Shown in pieces: positions 49,015 through 62,059 of a stretch of DNA of 64,000 nt. Position numbers and translations under genes: made by a program. The notes beneath the pieces were generated by a model, which had not been told where the DNA came from, searched no databases, and worked only from the letters and a program-made list of their open reading frames with translations. This DNA comes from Longimicrobiales bacterium (GTDB taxonomy: Bacteria > Gemmatimonadota > Gemmatimonadetes > Longimicrobiales > Gaopeijiaceae), in assembly GCA_032250675.1 (NCBI GenBank), contig JAVVEY010000002.1:3650-67649 (forward strand), given 5' to 3'. The first letter of the stretch is position 1, and every line of letters starts with the position of its first letter.

Positions 49015-49721
49015 CCGCGCCGAGCCGGACGATCGTCACACTCGACGGTCCGGCGGGAGTGGGAAAGTCCACGACGGCGCGCGCCGTCGCGGAACGGCTG
49101 GGATGGCGATATCTCGACTCGGGTGCGCTCTACCGCGCCGTGGCACACGCCCTCCTCGAGGAGGGGATCGATCGCGATGCCTGGCCCGATCTCGACGACA
49201 GCGTGCTCCATGCCCTCGGCCTCACGGTCGACCCGGAGGGGACCTCGCTCGTCATCCGGCGCCGGGGTCGACCGCTCGGCCCCGAGCTCCGGACCCCCGA
49301 GGTCACCGCGGCGGTGTCGGCCGTCGCGCGAATTCCTTCCGTGCGCGCCTGGCTCCTCGACGCCCAGCGCGCCGCCGGGTCCCGCGGTCGCCTCGTGGCC
49401 GACGGTCGTGACATGGGCACGGTGGTCTTCCCGGATGCGGCCACGAAGATCTTCCTGACCGCCGACCCCGCGGAGCGCGCGCGGAGGCGTCTCGGTGATC
49501 ATGGGGTGACGCACCCCGACCCCGACGAGGTCGCCCTGGAGTGCGCGCGCCTCGAAGCACGGGATCGCGCCGACCGGGAGCGCGAGATCTCCCCCCTCCG
49601 CCCCGCCTCCGACGCCCTGCATCTCGACACCACCGAGCTCGATTTCGCCGCCCAGGTGGACGCCGTCGTGCGTCATGTGATCCGGCGGGCCGGGGTGGAC
49701 TCCGAGCGGCACCGGATATAG
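49011..49721 (+). CDS. cmk: cytidylate kinase
   Basis: GTG start in a GTGA overlap with aroA. P-loop LDGPAGVGKST, and YLDSGALYRA. Confidence 0.9.
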   Translation: MTAPSRTIVTLDGPAGVGKSTTARAVAERLGWRYLDSGALYRAVAHALLEEGIDRDAWPDLDDSVLHALGLTVDPEGTSLVIRRRGRPLGPELRTPEVTAAVSAVARIPSVRAWLLDAQRAAGSRGRLVADGRDMGTVVFPDAATKIFLTADPAERARRRLGDHGVTHPDPDEVALECARLEARDRADREREISPLRPASDALHLDTTELDFAAQVDAVVRHVIRRAGVDSERHRI

Positions 49722-49868
49722 CTTTGCCTTGCTATGCTCCGAGCGCATCGGGGCGATCTTCGCAGAGGCGCGCACCATCCGCGGTGGGCGCCCTCGTTAT
49801 CTCACACCCCAACCCGGCGGGGGCAGGACGACTCGTCGGACACCGGCTCCCGGGAGGGAGCACGCACC

Positions 49869-52004
49869 ATGGCCGATTCCAGGGACGAGACGCCCACCCC
49901 CTCCGAGACCGTCGCGGTCGACGACTCCGAAACCGCCGACTCCGGCACCCCCGAAACCACTGACGAGACGCCGTCCGCCGACGCTCCGGCCGAGACGCCG
50001 GATTCCGAGGCGGATGCACTCACCCCGGACGAACTCGAAGAGGAGGCCAATGTCTCGATCGACGCGCTCACCGGAGAGGTGATCGAGGGCGCCTTCGACG
50101 ACGACGATGACACGGGGATCGATCCCCTCCTCCGCCACGATCCGTACGGCGAGGAGGAGCTCGACATCTCGCGCGACGAGTTCGCCGCCCTCCTCGGAGA
50201 GTACGAGGAAGACTTCCAGGGGATCCGCGAAGGCGAGATCGTCAAGGCGCGCGTCCTCGACCTCACCGACACCGCGGTCATCCTCGAGTTCGGATTCAAG
50301 TCCGAGGGCTCGGTCGCGCGTGACGAGTTCAAGGACGTGCCGGAGATCGGCGACGAAGTCGAAGTCCTCCTCGAGAGCCTCGAGGATGACGACGGAATCG
50401 TCGTGCTCTCCAAGAAGAAGGCGGACTTCCTCCGCGTCTGGGAGAAGATCAAGGAGGCGCACGAGGACGACCGCGCGGTCAAGGGCACCCTGGTTCGCAA
50501 GATCAAGGGCGGCGTGACCGTCGACCTGATGGGCGTCGATGCCTTCCTCCCGGGATCGCAGATCGCGCTTCGCCGGGTGCCGAACATCGAGGACCTCATC
50601 GGCGAGGTCTACAACTTCAAGATCATCAAGCTCAACAAGCGCCGGCGGAATATCGTCGTGTCGCGCCGGGTGATCCTGGAGACCGAGCGCGAGCGCAAGC
50701 GCGACACCCTCGTCAAGGAGCTCCTCGTCGGTCAGGTGCGAGAGGGGACGGTCAAGAATATCACCGACTTCGGTGCCTTCATCGATCTCGGCGGGCTCGA
50801 CGGCCTCCTGCACATCACCGACATGTCGTGGGGCCGCGTGGCGAACCCCAACGAGGTTGTCTCGATCGGCGAAGAGCTCGACGTCAAGGTTCTCGACGTC
50901 GACTGGGACCGCGAGCGGATCTCGCTCGGACTCAAGCAGCTCCTCCCCTACCCCTGGACGGATATCGACCGGAAGTACCCGGTCGGTGCCCGCGCGCGGG
51001 GTCGGGTGGTCTCGATCACCAACTACGGCGCCTTCATCGAGCTCGAGAAGGGTGTCGAGGGGCTCGTCCACATCTCCGAGATGTCCTGGACGCGCAACGT
51101 TCGTCACCCCTCGAAGCTCGTCGCGATCGGGGACGAGATCGAGGCGGTCGTCCTCAAGGTCGACCCCGACGACGAGAAGATCTCTCTCGGGATGAAGCAG
51201 ATCGAGGAAGATCCGTGGCTCGCTCTCCCGGTGAAGTACCCGACGGGTACGACACTAACCGGAGTGGTCCGCAACCTCACCTCCTTCGGCGCCTTCGTGG
51301 AGGTCGAACCGGGGATCGACGGACTCGTGCATGTCTCGGACATGTCGTGGACGAAGCGCGTGGAGCACCCCTCGGAGATCGTCCAGAAGGGCGACGAGGT
51401 CGAGGTGATGGTGCTCGATGTCGATGCCGAGAACAAGCGGATCTCGCTCGGACTCAAGCAGCTGCAGGACGACCCGTGGCCCACGATCTCGGAGCGCTTC
51501 ACACCCGGGATGGAGACGGAGGGTTCGGTGGTCCGCGTGGGTGACGGTGGGGTCTACGTCGACCTCGGGGACGATATCGAGGGCTTCATGCCGATCCAGA
51601 ACGCCGGGGTACCCGACGGGAACACTCTCGAGGAGTACTACCGGGCGGGTGAGACGATCGAGCTGGTGATCATCGAATCGGACGCCACCAACCGCCGCCT
51701 GACCCTCGAGGTCGTCGAGCTTCCGGAGTACCAGGAGGTCGTCGAGGTCGTCGAGGAGGTCGAGGAGGTCGAGGAGTCGGCGGAGTCCGGAGAGGCCGAG
51801 GCCGCGGCGACGGCCGATGAGGCGGACGAGGCGGACGAAGCCGACGAAGCCGACGAGGCGGACGCCGCCGACGACGCCGACGACGTCGATGAAGCCGACG
51901 AAGCCGACGAAGCCGACGAGGAGGATGAGACGGATGAGGAAGACGCTGCTGACGCCGACGCCGACGCCGAAGCGGCCGATGAGGACGACGACGAGAAGTC
52001 GTGA
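49869..52004 (+). CDS. rpsA: 30S ribosomal protein S1 with acidic N- and C-terminal extensions
   Basis: GGGAGGGAG RBS. Six S1 (OB) repeats, e.g. GTVKNITDFGAFIDLGGLDGLLHITDMSW, GRVVSITNYGAFIELEKGVEGLVHISEMSW, GVVRNLTSFGAFVEVEPGIDGLVHVSDMSW. Canonical cmk-rpsA order. Confidence 0.93.
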   Translation: MADSRDETPTPSETVAVDDSETADSGTPETTDETPSADAPAETPDSEADALTPDELEEEANVSIDALTGEVIEGAFDDDDDTGIDPLLRHDPYGEEELDISRDEFAALLGEYEEDFQGIREGEIVKARVLDLTDTAVILEFGFKSEGSVARDEFKDVPEIGDEVEVLLESLEDDDGIVVLSKKKADFLRVWEKIKEAHEDDRAVKGTLVRKIKGGVTVDLMGVDAFLPGSQIALRRVPNIEDLIGEVYNFKIIKLNKRRRNIVVSRRVILETERERKRDTLVKELLVGQVREGTVKNITDFGAFIDLGGLDGLLHITDMSWGRVANPNEVVSIGEELDVKVLDVDWDRERISLGLKQLLPYPWTDIDRKYPVGARARGRVVSITNYGAFIELEKGVEGLVHISEMSWTRNVRHPSKLVAIGDEIEAVVLKVDPDDEKISLGMKQIEEDPWLALPVKYPTGTTLTGVVRNLTSFGAFVEVEPGIDGLVHVSDMSWTKRVEHPSEIVQKGDEVEVMVLDVDAENKRISLGLKQLQDDPWPTISERFTPGMETEGSVVRVGDGGVYVDLGDDIEGFMPIQNAGVPDGNTLEEYYRAGETIELVIIESDATNRRLTLEVVELPEYQEVVEVVEEVEEVEESAESGEAEAAATADEADEADEADEADEADAADDADDVDEADEADEADEEDETDEEDAADADADAEAADEDDDEKS
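51735..51999 (+). repeat. in-frame triplet/9-bp tandem repeats encoding the acidic tail of S1
   Basis: gaggtcgtcgaggtcgtcgaggaggtcgaggaggtcgaggag is followed by reiterated ga(r)-gc(n)-gac units (EADEADEADEADEADAADDADDVDEADEADEADEED...). Confidence 0.85.
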
Positions 52005-52014
52005 TCCGCGCGAC

Positions 52015-54087
52015 GTGACCTCCTTCGCCGACGCACCCCCGACCCCTCGCCCGACCGCGCCCCGCGCGGCCGGGCGAGGGCGTTTCGGGCGGGTGTTCGT
52101 CGCGGCGGTCGTCGTGGGGCTCGGGTGTCAGACGGTTCAGGGCGTGCCGGATGCCGGTTCGCCGCCGCCGCCGCCCGTCGTCATCGAAGCGGGTCCGGCC
52201 TCGCCGTCGGATGAACGAGCCGCGGCCGCGCTCCTCCGTGAGGCCGAGGCGTCGCTCGAGGCGGGCGCTACCGAGGCGGCGATCGAGGCCGCGAGCGCGA
52301 TCGTCGAGAACTACCCGACCACGACGAGTTCGGGGGCCGCGCTCTGGGTACGAGCCCGCGCTCTCGGCACATCCGAGGCCGGGGCGGAGCAGGTCGTCGC
52401 GCTCGACGACCTCGAGCGCCTCCTCCCCCTCCTCGGGTCCGGGGATCCGCGCCGCACCCCGGCCACCCTCCTCTACGCGAGGGTCCTCGCCGAAGCGGGA
52501 CGCATCGAAGAGGCGGTCGTGACCGCGGTCTCGCTTCCCTCCGATGCCACGGTGGACGCCGCCGAGATGGAGTGGATGCGCGAGGTCGTCGCCTGGCTCG
52601 ATCTGGAGGCGATCGAGGATGTCGCGCGTACCGCTCCGCCCACGGGGCCGCTCGTCGCGCCCCTCTGGGTGGCCCTCGGCCGTGCGCGCGGTGTCGAAGG
52701 GGACGCGAAGGGCGCGCGGGAGGCGGCGAGCCTCGCGATCTCGGCGGGTGCGACCGGGGCCGACCGCGAAGAAGCCGAAGCGCTCCTCGCGGGGGAGGGG
52801 ATTGCGGCGCGTCCGGAGCTCGCCGAATGGATCCCGCTCGCGGCCCTCCTCCCCGCGAGCGGGTCGCCTGCGCTCCGCGGCTTCGCGAACGAGGTCCGGG
52901 AGGGCGCCCTCGCCGCGCTCACCGCGGCGGGACTCGCGGAGCGGAGCGACGTCGAGGTCTACGATGATGGAGGCGATCCCGAGCAGGCTGCCGCGCTCGT
53001 TCGCGCGATCGAAGCCTCGGGAGCCTTCGGGATCGTCGGTCCGGTACAGGACGCCGCGCTCGCCGCGGCAGCCCGGGCGCGCACGAGCGGCGTGCCGATC
53101 GTCTCGCCGACCGCCTTCTCCCTCCCTGACAGCGTCGAGGGGATCTACTCGCTCGGGAGTCTGGACCCCGGGTCGGCGCGCGCGCTGGCGGCGTGGGCGG
53201 CCGAGGTCGGGTTTGCCACGGTGGCGATCATTCATCCCTCCGATGAGGCGTCGAGCGAGGAGGCCCGCCTCTTCGCCGAGGCCTTCGAAGCCGCGGGGGG
53301 GAGCGTGCTGCAGACCCTCACCTATCCTCCGGGCCAGACCTTCTTTCAGGAGCAGATCCGGGCGGCGGCGAGTGTGGCTCCCGAGGCGCTCGTCCTCCCG
53401 GTCCCTCCCGCCGATGTCGAGGCGCTCGCCCCGCAGGTCACCTTCTACGGGCTCGACACCCTGGGGATCCAGATCCTCGGGACATCGGCGTGGACGGACG
53501 GCGGGGTACGCGAGGCGGTCTCCGACCGTCACCTCTCCGGGGTCGTGGTGGCCTCGCCCGACCTCTCCGGCCGCGAAGGGTGGAACCGTTTCGTCGAGGC
53601 GTACGAGACGCGTTTCCGTCGCACCCTCGTCGCTCCCGGAGGCGCCCCCCTCGGGTACGACGCCGCCTCGCTCCTCCTCGAAGCGGCGCGATCGGGTGCC
53701 CGGTCGGGGACCGAACTCGCCGAGGCGCTCGAAGCGGTCGACGGATTCGAGGGCGCGACCGGACTCCTCTCCGTCGAAGATGGGCGTGTCGTGCGTCGCC
53801 ACTCCGTGGTCTGTTACGACGGCGCGGTGCCCGAGCCGATCGCCCCCGGTCGGCCCGTCCAGCGGTGGCGTGCCTATCCTCCCCCCGCGGACACCACCGA
53901 TACGGTGCCGCCGGGTCCGGGCCGCCGCGATGGCTTCGCCTGCCCCGGCACCCGCGCAGCCCGCATCGCCGATTCGGTATTCTTCGCGAATGGGGGCGAC
54001 ACCCTCTATCCCGAGATCGCCCGCATCCTGCGGCCCAACGATACCCTCCCGCAGATCCATCCCGACGAGATCATTCCGGGACGGTGA
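52015..54087 (+). CDS. lipoprotein with an N-terminal TPR-like region and a type-1 periplasmic-binding-fold (LivK/LppC/LpoA-like) domain
   Basis: Lipobox VVVGLGC. Ala-rich helical repeats. [29 protein letters not shown] is typical of Peripla_BP_6-type domains. The start is uncertain (GTG at 52015 or 52093); the ORF-track start at 51817 overlaps the rpsA tail. Confidence 0.65.
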   Translation: MTSFADAPPTPRPTAPRAAGRGRFGRVFVAAVVVGLGCQTVQGVPDAGSPPPPPVVIEAGPASPSDERAAAALLREAEASLEAGATEAAIEAASAIVENYPTTTSSGAALWVRARALGTSEAGAEQVVALDDLERLLPLLGSGDPRRTPATLLYARVLAEAGRIEEAVVTAVSLPSDATVDAAEMEWMREVVAWLDLEAIEDVARTAPPTGPLVAPLWVALGRARGVEGDAKGAREAASLAISAGATGADREEAEALLAGEGIAARPELAEWIPLAALLPASGSPALRGFANEVREGALAALTAAGLAERSDVEVYDDGGDPEQAAALVRAIEASGAFGIVGPVQDAALAAAARARTSGVPIVSPTAFSLPDSVEGIYSLGSLDPGSARALAAWAAEVGFATVAIIHPSDEASSEEARLFAEAFEAAGGSVLQTLTYPPGQTFFQEQIRAAASVAPEALVLPVPPADVEALAPQVTFYGLDTLGIQILGTSAWTDGGVREAVSDRHLSGVVVASPDLSGREGWNRFVEAYETRFRRTLVAPGGAPLGYDAASLLLEAARSGARSGTELAEALEAVDGFEGATGLLSVEDGRVVRRHSVVCYDGAVPEPIAPGRPVQRWRAYPPPADTTDTVPPGPGRRDGFACPGTRAARIADSVFFANGGDTLYPEIARILRPNDTLPQIHPDEIIPGR

Positions 54088-54115
54088 CGAGCACCCTCGC
54101 AGAGAAGGACGTCCG

Positions 54116-55666
<1,551 letters not shown>

Positions 55667-55758
55667 CCGTCAGGCAACCGATCGCGCCCCCGGGGCATCT
55701 CATCGTGTGGAGTCGGGCACGAGCGTCGTGCCCGTCGGACGCCAGAGGGAGGGAGAGC

Positions 55759-56883
55759 ATGATCGGGATGATTCGGGGGTTCGGGGTCGGTGTGGTGCTG
55801 ACCGTGGTGCTCGGCGCCTTCGCGCCGCGAGCGATCGGTGCGCAGGTCGTGATCGGGGGCGAGGAGGTGACGTGCGAGTGCGTCGATCCGGAGGGCAACC
55901 GGATCGAGAACTGCACCTGCATTCGCAGCGGCGAGTTCCCGATCCGTTCCTTCACCCTCGCCGGGATGGAGCGCGGGCGACGCGCCCAGGTCGGGGTGTA
56001 CGTCGACTCCACCGGAGACGACGCGGAGATCGGGGGCGTGCGGATCACCGAGGTGGTCGAGGACAGCCCCGCCGAGCGCGCGGGACTTCGCGCCGGGGAT
56101 ATCGTCCTCTCGATCGACGGACGCTCCGTCCTCGCGCCTCTCGACCGCGAGGTCGAAGCCGACTTCGATGAGGAGGCTTCGCTCGCCACGCAGCGCTTCG
56201 TCGCGATCGTCGGCGACCTCGAACCCGAGGAGCCGGTCGAGGTGGTCTTCCTCCGGGAGGGCGAGCGCAGGACACTCGAGGTGACGCCCCGACGGTCGAG
56301 GGGCATCTTCGCCTTTCGCACCCCCGACGGAGCCTTCGATCTCGATCTGCGGGAACTTGAGACCTCCCTCGACTCGATGCGCGAGGCGCTCCGGGGGTTC
56401 ACCTTCCGCTTCCGCGAGGGTGACGAAGGCCGCCGTCTCCATCTCGAACTCGAGGCAGCGCGCGACCTCGCCTCCCGTTCGGCGGAGGAGCTGCGAGCGA
56501 GCGCGCGCGAAGCGCGCGCCGGGGCCCGGACGATCTGGATGCCCGCGAGAGACCCGTGCACCCGGCTCCACGGAGAAGGCGCGCGCATCTTCATGCCCGG
56601 ATCGACGAATTGCGTCGACGGGGTGCGTCTCGCCCCGATGAATGAGGGACTCGCGGGATACTTCGGCACCGACGAGGGGGTCCTCGTCACCGAGGTCGCC
56701 GAGGCGACGACGCTCGGCCTGCTCCCCGGCGACGTGATCCTCGCCATCGGCGAGCGCGAGGTGACGGATGTGGGGGATGTACGACGCATCCTGAGCAGCT
56801 ATGAGATCGAGGAAGCGGTGACCTTCCGGGTGCGTCGCGAGGATCGCGAGATCCAGGTATCGGGGACGCGCCGGACGCCCTGA
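55759..56883 (+). CDS. secreted double-PDZ protein with an N-terminal Cys-rich motif (no protease domain)
   Basis: GAGGGAGGGAG RBS. Signal peptide GVGVVLTVVLGAFAPRAIGAQ. CECVDPEGNRIENCTC. PDZ-like GVRITEVVEDSPAERAGLRAGDIVLSIDG and GVLVTEVAEATTLGLLPGDVILAIGE. Confidence 0.7.
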   Translation: MIGMIRGFGVGVVLTVVLGAFAPRAIGAQVVIGGEEVTCECVDPEGNRIENCTCIRSGEFPIRSFTLAGMERGRRAQVGVYVDSTGDDAEIGGVRITEVVEDSPAERAGLRAGDIVLSIDGRSVLAPLDREVEADFDEEASLATQRFVAIVGDLEPEEPVEVVFLREGERRTLEVTPRRSRGIFAFRTPDGAFDLDLRELETSLDSMREALRGFTFRFREGDEGRRLHLELEAARDLASRSAEELRASAREARAGARTIWMPARDPCTRLHGEGARIFMPGSTNCVDGVRLAPMNEGLAGYFGTDEGVLVTEVAEATTLGLLPGDVILAIGEREVTDVGDVRRILSSYEIEEAVTFRVRREDREIQVSGTRRTP

Positions 56884-56903
56884 TCCACGACGCCGGGCGG
56901 CTT

Positions 56904-56926
56904 GGGCCGGGGTCCCCCTCCGGCCC
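56904..56926 (+). terminator. hairpin gggccgg-N9-ccggccc downstream of the PDZ gene
   Basis: Perfect 7-bp GC stem starting 21 nt after the stop. No U-tract. A second hairpin (ccgccgcg..cgcggcgg) follows about 60 nt downstream. Confidence 0.3.
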
Positions 56927-57052
56927 CGTGGGCGGTACACTTCGGGGGATGGACCGGCGAAGGGGGCGCGCCGCCGCGCACGCGGCGGGCAGAGAGACCA
57001 TGCGCCCCCTTCGATCGGCCCTGCACCGCCACACCCGGATGGGACGCCCGAC

Positions 57053-58567
57053 GTGTTCGAGAAGGTACTGGTCGCAAATCGAGGGGAGATCGCGATCCGC
57101 ATTCTGCGTGCGGCGCGTGAGATGGGGATCCGCACCGTCGCGGTCTATTCCGAGGCGGATCGCGCGGCTCCGCACCTGCGCTTCGCGGACGAGGCGATCG
57201 AGATCGGTCCGGCCGCTTCGGCCGAGAGCTACCTCCGCATCGATCGGATCCTCGAGGCCGCGGCGCGCACGGGTGCCGAGGCGATCCACCCCGGCTACGG
57301 CTTCCTGGCGGAGCGCGCCGAGTTCGCCCGCGCCGTGGAGGACGCGGGCCTCGTCTTCGTCGGCCCCTCCCCCGAGACGATCGAGGCGATGGGCGACAAG
57401 ACTGCCGCGCGGCGGCGGATGGACGCTGCCGGCGTGCCGATCGTGCCGGGGATCGTCGATCCCGCCCGGACCGCCGCGGACGCGCTCGAGGCGGCGCGCG
57501 AGATCGGCTTCCCTGTGCTCCTCAAGGCCGCGGCCGGGGGCGGTGGGAAGGGGATGCGCGTCGTCGAGACGCCCGATGCGGTGGAGCGGGCCTTCGAGGC
57601 AGCGGGGCGCGAGGCTCTCGCGGCGTTCGGGGATGACGCGGTCTATGTGGAACGCTACCTCGCTCGCCCGCGTCACATCGAGATCCAGGTGCTCGGCGAT
57701 GCGCACGGCCAGGTGGTGCACCTCGGCGAGCGCGAGTGCAGCCTCCAGCGTCGCCACCAGAAGCTCGTCGAGGAGGCGCCCTCGGCGGTCCTCGATTCCG
57801 GGGCGCGAGCCGCGATGGGGGACGCAGCGGTGCGCGCCGCCGCCGCGGTGAACTACCGTGGTGCCGGGACGATCGAGTTCCTCTGGGAGGATGGCGAGTT
57901 CTGGTTCCTCGAGATGAATACGCGGCTCCAGGTCGAGCACCCCGTGACCGAGCTCGTCACCGGGATCGACCTCGTGCAGTGGCAGTTCCGCGTTGCCGCG
58001 GGCGAGGCGCTCTCCTTCGAGCAGGACGATGTGCGCTTCGACGGGCACGCGATCGAGTGCCGCATCACGGCCGAGGACCCGGACGGAGGCTTCCTCCCCT
58101 CCACCGGACGGATCGGTCACCTCCGACTTCCCGAGGGGGCGGGGGTGCGTTGGGACGGCGCGATCGCCGAGGGCTACGAGGTCGGGCTGCACTACGATCC
58201 CCTCCTCGGGAAGCTCATCGTCCACGCGCCCGATCGAACGCTCGCGATCGACCGGATGGCGCGAGCCCTCGACGAATTCGAGCTCACCGGGGTCGCGCAC
58301 GCCGCGCCCTTCCATCGGCGGGTGATGCGACACGAGGCGTTCCGCGCGGGGGATCTCTCGATCCGCTTTCTGGAGGAGCATCCCGATCTGACGTCGCCCG
58401 CGGCGCCGGACGAGGACCTCGCCCTCGCGGCCGCCGTCTCCGCGATCCTCCTCGAAGAGGATCGACGGACGAGCGCCTCGCCTCGCCGCCTCGCGCGAGA
58501 CGGTGGCGGGGTCGACCTCGGGTCGTGGCGCGGGGCGGGGCACCCGGGACTCGGCGGCGGGTGGTGA
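57053..58567 (+). CDS. accC: biotin carboxylase subunit of an acyl-CoA carboxylase (no fused BCCP)
   Basis: GTG start. FEKVLVANRGEIAIRILRA, KAAAGGGGKGMRV, EMNTRLQVEHPVTE. Ends without a biotinyl domain. Confidence 0.93.
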   Translation: MFEKVLVANRGEIAIRILRAAREMGIRTVAVYSEADRAAPHLRFADEAIEIGPAASAESYLRIDRILEAAARTGAEAIHPGYGFLAERAEFARAVEDAGLVFVGPSPETIEAMGDKTAARRRMDAAGVPIVPGIVDPARTAADALEAAREIGFPVLLKAAAGGGGKGMRVVETPDAVERAFEAAGREALAAFGDDAVYVERYLARPRHIEIQVLGDAHGQVVHLGERECSLQRRHQKLVEEAPSAVLDSGARAAMGDAAVRAAAAVNYRGAGTIEFLWEDGEFWFLEMNTRLQVEHPVTELVTGIDLVQWQFRVAAGEALSFEQDDVRFDGHAIECRITAEDPDGGFLPSTGRIGHLRLPEGAGVRWDGAIAEGYEVGLHYDPLLGKLIVHAPDRTLAIDRMARALDEFELTGVAHAAPFHRRVMRHEAFRAGDLSIRFLEEHPDLTSPAAPDEDLALAAAVSAILLEEDRRTSASPRRLARDGGGVDLGSWRGAGHPGLGGGW

Positions 58568-59880
58568 GCGCCCCCTCCCTCGACCTCGTCATCGACGACC
58601 TCACCTCGGAGGGATCGGGGGTCGGACGATCGGCGGAGGGGCGAGCGATCTTCGTGCCGCGCACGATCCCCGGCGAGGAGGTACGGGCGCGCCTCGTGAA
58701 GGAGAAGAGATCGTGGGCGCGGGCTGAACTCGTCGAGATCCTCACCCCCGGGTCGGATCGCCGACCGCCGCGCTGCCGCCTCCATCACCGGTGCGGGGGG
58801 TGTCAGCTGCAGCACATCACCTATGCGCGACAGGTGGCGTGGAAGGCGGACCGCATCCGGGAGGCGCTCGCGCGGATCGGTGGAATCGAGGTCGGAGAGA
58901 TCGAGGTCGAGCCCGCGCCCGACGAGTTCGGCTACCGGAACCGGATCTCCTTCACTCTCCGACGTCTGGGAGGCGCGCGCGTGGTCGCGGGATTCCGCGA
59001 TCGCGAATCGGCGCATCGGATTGTCAATGTGACCGACGAGTGCCTCCTCCCCGAGTCGGGGGTGATCCCGGCGTGGACCGAGCTCCGCGCGCGGTGGGGG
59101 CAAGGGGCAGAGCGGCTCCCCTCGGGTGCCGAGCTGCGCCTCACGCTGCGCGCGACCGACGACGGCGTGGTTCTCGTCATCGAGGGAGGAGAGACGGGCA
59201 ATACCGACGTCCGCGACGCGGGAAAGCTCATCGAGGAGATCCCCGCGCTCCTCGCGGTGTGGCATCGCCCCGAGGGCGAGACGCGCGCGCTCCTCCTCGG
59301 CGGGGCGCGTACGGTGGACGACCGGTGGTTCGGCGAGGTGCTCGCGCTCGAGTCGTCCGCATTCCTGCAGGTGAACCGCGAGGGCGCCCACGCGGTGCAC
59401 CGGGCGGTGCTCGGTGAACTCGGTGACCCCGCCGGGCAACGCATCGTCGACGCCTACGCCGGAGTCGCGCCGTGGGGACGCCGGCTCGCCCGACACGGCG
59501 CACGCGTGATCGCGATCGAGTTCGACGACGCCGCGGTCCGCGTCGCCCGCCACGAGATCCCCGAGGGTCTCGAGGTCTGGCACGGCCGCGTCGAGGAACA
59601 CCTCGCCGACGCGCTCCCCGCCGACCGCGTACTCCTCAACCCACCCCGTGCCGGGATCGCGGCGTCGGTGATCGACACCCTCCTCGCCTCTCCGGTGCCC
59701 CGCGTCATCTACGTGAGCTGCGACCCGGCGACGCTCGCGCGTGACCTCGCGCGCCTCGCGCCGGGATACGAGGTGCGCCGCGTGCGCGGCTTCGACCTCT
59801 TTCCCCAGACGGCACATGTCGAGACCGTTGTAACGCTCGAGATGCGCGCCGACGGCGGCACCCCCTCCTCCACCCCCTGA
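58564..59880 (+). CDS. rlmD: 23S rRNA (uracil-5-)-methyltransferase, RlmD/RumA family
   Basis: GTGA overlap with accC. N-terminal TRAM-like region. Fe-S Cys cluster CRLHHRCGGCQLQH. SAM MTase motifs DAYAGVA, LNPPRAG, YVSCDPATLARD. Confidence 0.85.
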   Translation: MSAPSLDLVIDDLTSEGSGVGRSAEGRAIFVPRTIPGEEVRARLVKEKRSWARAELVEILTPGSDRRPPRCRLHHRCGGCQLQHITYARQVAWKADRIREALARIGGIEVGEIEVEPAPDEFGYRNRISFTLRRLGGARVVAGFRDRESAHRIVNVTDECLLPESGVIPAWTELRARWGQGAERLPSGAELRLTLRATDDGVVLVIEGGETGNTDVRDAGKLIEEIPALLAVWHRPEGETRALLLGGARTVDDRWFGEVLALESSAFLQVNREGAHAVHRAVLGELGDPAGQRIVDAYAGVAPWGRRLARHGARVIAIEFDDAAVRVARHEIPEGLEVWHGRVEEHLADALPADRVLLNPPRAGIAASVIDTLLASPVPRVIYVSCDPATLARDLARLAPGYEVRRVRGFDLFPQTAHVETVVTLEMRADGGTPSSTP

Positions 59881-59885
59881 TCGCC

Positions 59886-60427
59886 ATGCACTACTTCGTC
59901 CGACTGGACGACGACCGCACGCTGGAGCTCGAGATCGGAGTCGACGGTCCGAGTGTGGCCGGCACGCCTCTCGACGCCGAGCTCACCCCCGGCGGCGCGG
60001 GGGTATGGCTTCTCCGCCTCGGCACCCGCGTGCACCGCGTCGTGGCGCACCGGGCCGAAGGGCAGGGGAGGTGGGATCTCCTGATCGACGGGGCCGCGGT
60101 GCGGGCCGAGGCGCTCGACGCGCGGGCCCGTCACCTCCGCGAGATGACGACCGCGCTCGCGGGTGCGGTGGGCCCGAAGCCCGTCGTGGCGCCGATGCCC
60201 GGGCTCGTGGTGCGCATCGAGGTGGCGGTGGGCGATCTCGTCGAGGAGGGCGAGGGGATCGCGATCGTCGAGGCGATGAAGATGGAGAATGAACTCGTGG
60301 CCTCGGGCCCCGGGCGCGTCACCGCGATCCCCGCGACGGTGGGGAAGGCGGTCGAGAAGGGAGAGGTCCTCGTCGAATTCGAGCCGGTCGACGAGGCGAC
60401 CGACGAGGACCCCGACGAGGAGACGTC

Positions 60428-60431
<4 letters not shown>
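59886..60431 (+). CDS. biotin carboxyl carrier protein (biotinyl-domain protein)
   Basis: The C-terminal biotinyl domain has the EAMKMENE biotinylation motif. An acidic tail follows. Confidence 0.88.
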
Positions 60432-62020
<1,589 letters not shown>

Positions 62021-62022
62021 AT

Positions 62023-62045
62023 TGCAGGCGAATTCCTGCATTCTT
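62023..62045 (+). terminator. hairpin tgcagg-cgaatt-cctgca followed by TTCTT (weak intrinsic terminator candidate)
   Basis: 6-bp perfect stem starting 3 nt after the mutase stop, with a T-rich run directly 3' of it. Confidence 0.35.
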
Positions 62046-62059
62046 GCCCGGAACGCTCC

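Noticed and set aside
51670-54060. 796-aa minus-strand ORF
   Set aside because: Antisense to the rpsA tail and the TPR/binding-fold lipoprotein gene. Low-complexity Arg/Gly/Pro translation.
52544-54115. 524-codon upstream part of the 1040-aa ORF containing pccB
   Set aside because: It overlaps the lipoprotein gene in another frame and has an Arg/Ser/Pro-rich translation. Carboxyltransferase similarity begins only at [11 protein letters not shown] (54116), which has its own RBS.
57736-58563. 276-codon upstream part of the 714-aa ORF containing rlmD
   Set aside because: It overlaps accC out of frame. TRAM/RlmD similarity starts at the GTG at 58564, which is coupled to the accC stop.
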